Assembly: GCA_023512315.1 (NCBI GenBank)
Contig: JAILZV010000001.1
Span: forward strand, 816-64,815
DNA length: 64,000 bases
Direction of reading: 5' to 3'
Source: Anoxybacillus sp.
Lineage (GTDB): Bacteria; Bacillota; Bacilli; Bacillales; Anoxybacillaceae
Below, in pieces: positions 57,148 to 64,000 of this stretch. The position numbers and the translations under genes were made by a program. Numbering within the stretch: position 1 is the stretch's first letter; each line of letters opens with the position of its first letter. The notes beneath the pieces are model-generated. The model saw nothing but the letters and a program-made list of their open reading frames with translations. It was not told the origin of the DNA and made no database searches.

Positions 57148-58260
57148 ATGAAAAAGGTGCTCGTCTATTATCCGTTTGCACTCGCGGAACAAGCAAACAG
57201 CGGTTCCAAACTAAGACCGCATGAGATGTATAAGGCGTTTTGCGAATGGGGAAGCCGAAATGGAGTACAGATAGTGTTCATTTCTGGAACATCAGCCGAA
57301 CGGGAGAAACAATTTCGCCAGCTCGTCGATAGCGGGGAGCTAGAAGACATTTGGTTCTGCTATATGGAAAACCAAACGATTCCGTTATGGTTGACAGACC
57401 CAGGACATAGACCGCAAAAACCGTTGATTGATCGGGCAGTATTGCGTTACTTAAAAAAGCGGAACGTACCGGTCGGTGTGTTTTATCGAGACGTTTATTG
57501 GAAGTTCGACGAGCTTTACCCATTAAAAGGGTGGAAAAAGAAAATAATGCAAACAATTTACCGGTTAGAAGAGCGGTTTTATGAAGCATATTGCGATGTC
57601 ATTTTCTTGCCAAGCAATGAAATGGGAAAATACGTAGCGATTAACCGTCCGATGACCGACCTTCCACCAGGAGGGAAACAACGGACGATTCACAGAGAAC
57701 AACGTGGCAAATCGGTCGTGTCAGGCGTATACGTCGGCGGCATTAACAATGAAGATTACGGATTGTTTTTGTTGCTTGATGCATTGGAATTAGTGAATAG
57801 TCCAACACCGCTTCTTCATTTAACCATTGTTTGTCGGAAAAATGAATACGAAGCGCTGCCAGAAGAACAAAAAGCTCGCATTCGTCGTTTAGGCGTCGAT
57901 GTCCAACATATTAGCGGCGCCGCGCTAGATCGGCTATACGAGCAAATGGACTTTGCGTTTATTCCTCGCTTGCGCAGCGAGTACAACGATTTCTCTGTAC
58001 CGGTAAAACTTGTCGAATATTTATCAAATGAATTGCCGGTAGTGGCGACAAATTGTTTAGCGCAGCAACGATTTATTGAAACGGACGAATATGGAGTCGT
58101 TTGCGAAGATCATCCACAATCGATGGCGGAAGCGATTCGCACGATGATTGAACGGAAGGATTATTATCGTCAGCGAATTTCAGAAACATTTATGCAAAAA
58201 CATTCTTGGCTTGCGAGAGTGGAAAAAGTGAAGCGAACGCTAGCGAGGGAGGAAATATGA
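57148..58260 (+). CDS. Putative GT-B glycosyltransferase
   Basis: Only the C-terminal region (FSVPVKLVEYLSNELPVVAT) resembles the GT1/GT4 fold. In operon with clear GTs, with an ATGA overlap to the next gene. Confidence 0.55.
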   Translation: MKKVLVYYPFALAEQANSGSKLRPHEMYKAFCEWGSRNGVQIVFISGTSAEREKQFRQLVDSGELEDIWFCYMENQTIPLWLTDPGHRPQKPLIDRAVLRYLKKRNVPVGVFYRDVYWKFDELYPLKGWKKKIMQTIYRLEERFYEAYCDVIFLPSNEMGKYVAINRPMTDLPPGGKQRTIHREQRGKSVVSGVYVGGINNEDYGLFLLLDALELVNSPTPLLHLTIVCRKNEYEALPEEQKARIRRLGVDVQHISGAALDRLYEQMDFAFIPRLRSEYNDFSVPVKLVEYLSNELPVVATNCLAQQRFIETDEYGVVCEDHPQSMAEAIRTMIERKDYYRQRISETFMQKHSWLARVEKVKRTLAREEI

Positions 58261-59324
58261 AAGTAGCATTGTTAGCCCCAAGTAAGTCCATTCACACGCA
58301 TAAATGGGCTTTGTTTTATCAGCAACAAGGCATTGATGTCAAAGTGATTACGTTTAAAGATCATTATTCGCCAGAGAATGCGAAAGAAGTCGAAACATGG
58401 GTATTGCCGAAGTGGTTTCCCGGGAAATTCTCCTATATTTCGAGCATATTCGCCTTAAAAAAACAGCTTGCTTCGTTCCAACCCGACATTTTACACGCGC
58501 ATTACGTGTCGAGTTATGGATTTGTCGGGGCGCTTACAAATTACCATCCGTTTTACGTCTCTGTATGGGGAACTGATATTTATGAATTTCCAAAGCAAAA
58601 TCGAGTAAATAGAGAAATTGTCGAGTTTACCTTGAAAAGGGCAGATGTGATTTGCTCCACAAGCCATACCATGGCAGAAGAAACGAAAAAATATACAGGA
58701 AAATCTGTGGAAGTGACACCGTTTGGAGTCGATTTGTCCATTTTCCGCCCGATGGAAATAGAGAAGAAGGATACGGTGACGATTGGAACAGTAAAATCTC
58801 TTTCTGATAAGTACGGCATTGCGGATTTAATTAAGGCGTTTGCGATCGTTCATCAGCAATATCCGAACACGAATTTGTTGATTGTTGGGGACGGATCACA
58901 GCGCAAGCAGTATGAACAGTTGGCAGAAATGCTTGGCGTTAGGGACGTAACAATATTTACGGGACGTGTACCAAATAGCGAAGTGCCTATATATATAAAT
59001 AAAATGGATGTAGTTTCTATCCCATCAACAGCCAGTGAAAGCTTTGGTGTGGCGGCGGTAGAAGCGATGGCGTGTGGTGTGCCGGTCGTTGTTTCCAACG
59101 TCGGTGGACTTCCGGAAGTGGTGAAAAAAGATGTAACTGGTTTAATCGTCCCGAAAGAAAATCCAGAAGCATTGGCGAAAGCGTTTCAAAAACTGCTTAG
59201 CGACACAAAGCTTCGTCACCAAATGGGGAAAAACGGCATACACCATGTAAAAGAACATTACGATTGGATCGATAATGCGAATGGTATGTTGAAACTATAC
59301 GAAAAAACGTTGAACGGGGTGTGA
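58257..59324 (+). CDS. GT4-family glycosyltransferase
   Basis: ESFGVAAVEAMACGVPVVVSNVGGLPEVV motif. ATG 58257 after GAGGGAGG. Confidence 0.85.
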   Translation: MKVALLAPSKSIHTHKWALFYQQQGIDVKVITFKDHYSPENAKEVETWVLPKWFPGKFSYISSIFALKKQLASFQPDILHAHYVSSYGFVGALTNYHPFYVSVWGTDIYEFPKQNRVNREIVEFTLKRADVICSTSHTMAEETKKYTGKSVEVTPFGVDLSIFRPMEIEKKDTVTIGTVKSLSDKYGIADLIKAFAIVHQQYPNTNLLIVGDGSQRKQYEQLAEMLGVRDVTIFTGRVPNSEVPIYINKMDVVSIPSTASESFGVAAVEAMACGVPVVVSNVGGLPEVVKKDVTGLIVPKENPEALAKAFQKLLSDTKLRHQMGKNGIHHVKEHYDWIDNANGMLKLYEKTLNGV

Positions 59325-59327
59325 AAA

Positions 59328-60191
59328 ATGATCAAAAAAGCGGTCATTCCCGCAGCGGGATTAGGCACACGCTTTTTGCCGGCGACAAAAGCGCAGCCGA
59401 AAGAAATGTTGCCGATTGTCGATAAGCCGACCATCCAATACATTATTGAAGAGGCTGTTCATTCAGGAATTGAAGATATTATTATCGTGACAGGTCGCAA
59501 TAAACGGGCGATTGAAGATCATTTTGATAAGTCGGTAGAACTTGAAATGTTGCTAGAGCGGACGGGCAAGCATGATATGTTACAAGTTGTCGAGTCGATC
59601 TCGAACTTAGTCGATATTCATTATGTTCGACAAAAAGAGCCGTTAGGGTTAGGACACGCAGTATTATGCGCGAAAAAATTCATCGGCAATGAGCCATTTG
59701 CAGTGCTGTTAGGTGATGATATTATTGACAGTGATGTTCCTGCGTTAAAACAAATGATTGAACAATATAGCCGTGTACAATCAAGCGTGCTTGGTGTAAA
59801 AGATGTTCCGCGCTCGGAAGTGAATAAATACGGAATTGTTGATTACAACGGGCAAGACGGGGAATTGTTTGCGGTGAAAGGACTAGTAGAAAAACCGCCG
59901 GTAGAAAAGGCGCCTTCCACGCAGGCGATTATTGGTCGATATATTTTAACTCCTGCGATTTTTGAGATGCTAGAAGAAGTGCAACCGGACGCGAAAGGAG
60001 AAATTCAGCTGACCGACGCCATTGACCGGTTACTTTCCAAAGAATCGATTTATTCATACATTATTAAAGGAACGCGGTATGATGTAGGGGATAAATTCGG
60101 CTTTTTGCAAGCTTCGATTGATTTTGCGTTAAAGCGCCCAGACTTAAAAGATAAATTAGAACATTATTTGCGGGAAAAATTGCAGCCATGA
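59328..60191 (+). CDS. galU: UTP-glucose-1-phosphate uridylyltransferase
   Basis: KAVIPAAGLGTRFLPATKAQPKEMLPIVDKP N-terminus. Confidence 0.95.
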   Translation: MIKKAVIPAAGLGTRFLPATKAQPKEMLPIVDKPTIQYIIEEAVHSGIEDIIIVTGRNKRAIEDHFDKSVELEMLLERTGKHDMLQVVESISNLVDIHYVRQKEPLGLGHAVLCAKKFIGNEPFAVLLGDDIIDSDVPALKQMIEQYSRVQSSVLGVKDVPRSEVNKYGIVDYNGQDGELFAVKGLVEKPPVEKAPSTQAIIGRYILTPAIFEMLEEVQPDAKGEIQLTDAIDRLLSKESIYSYIIKGTRYDVGDKFGFLQASIDFALKRPDLKDKLEHYLREKLQP

Positions 60192-61408
60192 TGCGAATTA
60201 TTTATTTATGTCAACATTTTCCGCCAGAAACGGGCGCACCGCAAATTCGCGTGTATGAAGTAAGCAAAGAGCTAATCAAACGCGGGCATCAAGTGGAAGT
60301 GTTGACGGCGTTCCCTCATCATCCGAAAGGGGTTATTCCAGAAGAGTATCGTGGGATGTTTTATTTATTTGAGGAGTGGGACGGGATTCCTGTCCATCGA
60401 ACGTGGATTTACCCATCGCCAAAAGGAAGTTTTTGGAAAAGGTTGGCATCGTATTTTTCGTTTACGTTTAGCGCGTTTTATTCGCTCTGGAAAGCGAAGC
60501 CGACCGATGTCATCATTTGCAATTCTCCACCGCTATTTTTAGGGATTACTGGATATATCGGCGCTAAACTGAAACGGGCGAAATTTGTATTTAACGTAGC
60601 CGACATTTGGCCGGAATCAGCAGTGGAATTAGGGATTTTAAAAAATAAAACGTTCATTCGGATGGCGACATGGCTGGAACATTTTTTATATAAAAAATCG
60701 TGGAAAATTGCGACGGCAACCGAAGGGATTCGCGAGTATATGATGAAACACGGCAAGCCGGCAAGTGATGTGTTTTTATTGCCGAATGGCGTCAATACGG
60801 ATGTGTTTCGTCCACTACCAAAGAGCGAAGCACTCGTGAAAGAAATTGGGCTCGAAGGGAAAATTGTTTTTACGTACGCAGGAACGATGGGGTATGCCCA
60901 AGGACTCGATGCCGTGTTAGAGGCAGCCGCTTTGTTGAAAAACGAGCACCCGAACGTTCATTTTTTATTTGTTGGAGATGGACAAGAACGGGAAAAGTTA
61001 ATCGAGATGAAGGAACAACTTCAGCTTGATAACGTGACCTTTTACGGCTCCGTACCGGTGGCGAAAATGCCGGAAATTTTTTCGATTTCCGATTACAGCA
61101 TTGTGTCGTTGCGCAACATTGATTTATTTAAAGGAGCGCGTCCGTCAAAAATTTTCCCAGCGCTTGCGACAGGAACTCCTGTACTTTATTGCGGGGAAGG
61201 CGAGAGCGCGCAAATTTTATTAACGCATCATTGCGGTCGGATTGCGCCGCCGGAAAATCCAGAAGGAATCGCAGCGGAAATTCGCAACTTGCTTTCCATT
61301 TCTTCGGAAGAATATGAGACGATGTCAGCGAACGGCAGAAAACTAGCTGTTGAGGAATATTCGTGGATTCGCATTGTGGATGATCTACTACAACATCTTA
61401 CGGAATAA
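60188..61408 (+). CDS. GT4-family glycosyltransferase (WbuB/WcaI-like)
   Basis: The N-terminus IIYLCQHFPPETGA is typical of this subgroup. ATGA overlap with galU. Confidence 0.8.
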   Translation: MMRIIYLCQHFPPETGAPQIRVYEVSKELIKRGHQVEVLTAFPHHPKGVIPEEYRGMFYLFEEWDGIPVHRTWIYPSPKGSFWKRLASYFSFTFSAFYSLWKAKPTDVIICNSPPLFLGITGYIGAKLKRAKFVFNVADIWPESAVELGILKNKTFIRMATWLEHFLYKKSWKIATATEGIREYMMKHGKPASDVFLLPNGVNTDVFRPLPKSEALVKEIGLEGKIVFTYAGTMGYAQGLDAVLEAAALLKNEHPNVHFLFVGDGQEREKLIEMKEQLQLDNVTFYGSVPVAKMPEIFSISDYSIVSLRNIDLFKGARPSKIFPALATGTPVLYCGEGESAQILLTHHCGRIAPPENPEGIAAEIRNLLSISSEEYETMSANGRKLAVEEYSWIRIVDDLLQHLTE

Positions 61409-61440
61409 AAAGAAGCCTAGGACGACCTAGGCTCTTTTAT
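61408..61440. terminator. Bidirectional terminator
   Basis: GCCTAGG-ACGA-CCTAGGC flanked by an A-run and a T-run. Confidence 0.7.
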
Positions 61441-62768
61441 TTAGAGACAACAGCTCCTTTGAAGTAATATTGCAAAATTTGAGCAGCTGTCCATCCACGT
61501 TCTGCAAACGCTTTTGCCCCATACTGGCTCATTCCAATGCGATGCCCCCACCCTTTTCCGTTCACAACGACCGACGTGACGGTACCAATGGTTGAAGGAA
61601 TAGTAGTTACGCCATCCGCCGTCTGTACTTTGACGTTTCCTGCATCTGTAATGGATTGAACACCAGCAGTTGTTTGCACTTGCTGTCCATTGTCTAATGA
61701 ATACAGAGGTGTTTTCCCTGCCACGGTTTGTACGTATAATCCACCGTCTTTATTGACGGTCATTGTAAACCAGTTTGAAAGCAGTTTATTGTAATAACGA
61801 CTATCGTTAATTGGAAATAGGCTGCGAATCGTGCTTTCGTTACCACTAATCGTTTTTTCGCCAGCAGAAGTCATCACGGTAACCGCTCCTACTTCGCCAT
61901 TTACTCCTTTTTTCGTAATGGATACGTCGTATAACACGGTGGAAGGATCCGAAAAACCGAACGACTGTAAAATAGTCGTTGGTGTAAACGTAAACGACCA
62001 GTTGCTATACGGCGATGATTCGTACGGATCGCTGACGCTTGCAAGGTAAGGAAATAAGCTTTGGTTAGAGTTCCAGACGTCGCCAACGTTCGCTGTTTTC
62101 CCGCCACTTGTCGAATGGAAAAACGCTTGAATGACTTGGCCGTTATATTTGACGTACAATCCTTTCGTTTCATCGACCGCTTGGTTCGTCGCCGCTTTTT
62201 CACTACTATATCCACCATATACTTGTGTATTTGGATTTGTTGTTAACGTGCCTTTTGTTTTTTCCGCATAGCTTCTTGCGGCAATGGCTTGCGCTTTTAA
62301 CGCTTCTGTTGGCCAAGAAGATGGCATTTCATTCGGCACGACCCCTTTTAAATAGTCTTCCATGTCAAGTATATTCACCACTTGCAGTTTGTTCGTTTGG
62401 CTTGTAATGTCCGCGCTACCGCGATACAATGTAGTGTTTACTTTGAGCAAGGAAAGAGCGTATACCCCTTTTGTTTCTTGGATTGTAAATCCAAGTGTCG
62501 ATGTGTAAGTAGATGTTCCATCCGAAACAACAATGCCTGTTGGCGTGTATTGAACGGTTAACGTTGTGTTCGTACTTAACGGTGTAATTGCGCCGCTTTG
62601 TTTATTAAATAATTGATAGTTTCCGTTAATTAAAATAGAAACAGAGTTTCCTTGATAGACAAGAACGTTGACCGGATTGGCGTACGTTACGACTTCCATT
62701 GCTTTCGGTGAAACGGGAAGCGCAAAGAAAAGGGTGCCGGCAAACAAAAGCGCGAAAAGGTGCTTCAT
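61437..62768 (-). CDS. SpoIID/LytB-domain protein (amidase enhancer-like)
   Basis: Signal peptide and EDYLKGVVPNEMPSSWPTEALKAQAIAARSYA. Confidence 0.85.
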   Translation of the reverse strand: MKHLFALLFAGTLFFALPVSPKAMEVVTYANPVNVLVYQGNSVSILINGNYQLFNKQSGAITPLSTNTTLTVQYTPTGIVVSDGTSTYTSTLGFTIQETKGVYALSLLKVNTTLYRGSADITSQTNKLQVVNILDMEDYLKGVVPNEMPSSWPTEALKAQAIAARSYAEKTKGTLTTNPNTQVYGGYSSEKAATNQAVDETKGLYVKYNGQVIQAFFHSTSGGKTANVGDVWNSNQSLFPYLASVSDPYESSPYSNWSFTFTPTTILQSFGFSDPSTVLYDVSITKKGVNGEVGAVTVMTSAGEKTISGNESTIRSLFPINDSRYYNKLLSNWFTMTVNKDGGLYVQTVAGKTPLYSLDNGQQVQTTAGVQSITDAGNVKVQTADGVTTIPSTIGTVTSVVVNGKGWGHRIGMSQYGAKAFAERGWTAAQILQYYFKGAVVSK

Positions 62769-62770
62769 TG

Positions 62771-63436
62771 CTATTTCACCTCGCCTAAATATCCGGCCAT
62801 CCAGCCTCTTTTCCCACTGTTTGTTTGCACGTTATACCATATTTCGCCTTGAGAATTAGTAAACGATTGAATGAACAGAAGCACCGCTCCTCGCTCGACC
62901 GTTTCAACTATTGGATAGGACGTGCTTGCTCCTTTGCGGATATTTGTTTTTGCGATCGTGACGACTGTTTTTTGGTTGTTGCTTGCAGTGCCTTTTGTTA
63001 TTGATACATCGCTGTAGGAAACCCATCCTTTTACCGTCGACGAAGCTTGTACATAATACCAAACTCCTTGTGAAGAGGAGAGGGCACTAATGACTTTTAA
63101 TGATTCGCCTGCGTTTTTATAGGCAACAATTTTGTAAGCGGTGCTTGCTCCGCTACGGATGGCTGTTTTGCTTTTTGTTGCATAAACAGTGGATGGAAGC
63201 GCTGCTTGTTTCGCTAACTGTTGTTTTAAGCTGTCGATTTCTTTTTGTTGGGCATCAATTTTTGCTTGTAAAGTAGTGATCTGCGTTTTAATTGGATTTA
63301 ATTGGGCAGTTACCCAATCGACACTAGCTAAAATGACTTCTTCTGACGCTTTCATGATTGTCGGAGTGAAAAAAATTGAACCTGCAACGATTCCAATCGT
63401 TAGCCCGAGAGAAATCGTCCATTTTTTTGCGTTCAT
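62771..63436 (-). CDS. Secreted protein with a coiled-coil segment and two SH3b domains
   Basis: Two units of the type IRSGASTAYKIV..GWVSY. Confidence 0.7.
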   Translation of the reverse strand: MNAKKWTISLGLTIGIVAGSIFFTPTIMKASEEVILASVDWVTAQLNPIKTQITTLQAKIDAQQKEIDSLKQQLAKQAALPSTVYATKSKTAIRSGASTAYKIVAYKNAGESLKVISALSSSQGVWYYVQASSTVKGWVSYSDVSITKGTASNNQKTVVTIAKTNIRKGASTSYPIVETVERGAVLLFIQSFTNSQGEIWYNVQTNSGKRGWMAGYLGEVK

Positions 63437-63474
63437 CGCAAATCCTCCCTCAAGTAGTTTCGTTGAGCAACGTA

Positions 63475-64000
63475 TTAAAAGTTATTAAAATATTGCTCTA
63501 GCCCTTGGCGAATGCCGACAGCTGCTTTTTGGAGAAACGCTTTTGTTTTTAGTAGCGCTTCTTCATTTGGGTTTGAAACAAATGCTAATTCTACAAGGAT
63601 GCTAGGCAGCTCATTTTTTCGATTGACGTAAAACTCCTGTTCTTTATAGCCGCGGTTTGGCGTTCCAAGCTGTGCCACAAGAGATTGTTGCACATATTGG
63701 GCTAGTGATTTACTTTTTGGGCCGTTAAAGTTAGTAGTGACGTTGTAATACGTTGTCGTTCCTGTTGATGTTTTCGAATAAGAATCGGCATGGATGCTAA
63801 TAAAGGCATCATAGTCCGAACTGTTCGCGATAGCTGTCCGTTCGGATAACTCGAGAAAAACGTCTGTGCTTCGTGTTAATGTGACAATAGCGCCAGCCTT
63901 TTCCAATTCGTCTTTTAACAGTAACGCCGTATTTAACGTAATCTCTTTTTCTTTTAAACCGGTTGGGCCGATAGCGCCTGTGTCATGTCCGCCATGCCCG
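63475..64000 (-). CDS. N-acetylmuramoyl-L-alanine amidase (Amidase_3 catalytic domain). The 5' end lies beyond the right window edge.
   Basis: The frame stays open upstream of the track Met to position 64000 (GHGGHDTGAIGP..). SIHADS and ELAFVSNP motifs. Confidence 0.85.
   Translation of the reverse strand, partial: GHGGHDTGAIGPTGLKEKEITLNTALLLKDELEKAGAIVTLTRSTDVFLELSERTAIANSSDYDAFISIHADSYSKTSTGTTTYYNVTTNFNGPKSKSLAQYVQQSLVAQLGTPNRGYKEQEFYVNRKNELPSILVELAFVSNPNEEALLKTKAFLQKAAVGIRQGLEQYFNNF

Noticed and set aside
1-64000. Scan for CRISPR arrays, tRNA or rRNA genes, T-boxes and prophage-like modules
   Set aside because: No regularly spaced direct repeats, cloverleaf-like segments, rRNA-like conserved stretches or phage structural genes were recognised by eye. 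Small structured RNAs cannot be excluded without covariance-model searches.

Overview
The gene content and mid-40s % G+C look like a thermophilic Bacillaceae chromosome of the Parageobacillus/Anoxybacillus/Geobacillus type. That assignment is my inference, not a search result.

Core genes, left to right:
- an IS transposase fragment cut by the window edge
- glycerate kinase and a FAD/Rieske oxidoreductase
- a truncated Schlafen-type ATPase carrying a coding heptad VNTR
- the fermentation genes adhE and pflBA, each with Rex/Fnr-type palindromes
- a five-gene branched-chain amino-acid ABC transporter
- a TrmH-type methyltransferase
- qoxABCD

Positions ~22.9-39.1 kb are a clearly AT-richer accessory island. 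It is bracketed by an intact IS4-family element and an inverted, internally deleted copy. Its cargo is:
- a secreted WG-repeat protein
- an unusual fusion of a catalytically dead alpha/beta-hydrolase to a SARP/BTAD regulator
- a seven-gene polysaccharide operon: priming transferase, Wzy-GT4 fusion, split Alg14/Alg13 pair, MurJ/Wzx flippase, pyruvyl transferase and Ugd
- a VanZ-like membrane protein and an LCP ligase

The operon plus the VanZ-like gene is itself bracketed by two ~105-bp MITE-like inverted repeats.

The right third of the window is a cell-envelope region:
- a truncated CAP-domain gene, a phosphodiester glycosidase, an S41 peptidase and a WalR-boxed NlpC/P60 hydrolase
- secA2-slaP and tagO
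- a complete WbpA/B/E/D/I-type pathway for UDP-2,3-diacetamido-mannuronic acid, plus galU and three glycosyltransferases (a probable secondary cell wall polymer locus)
- a SpoIID/SH3/amidase autolysin set

I recognised no rRNA, tRNA or CRISPR array.
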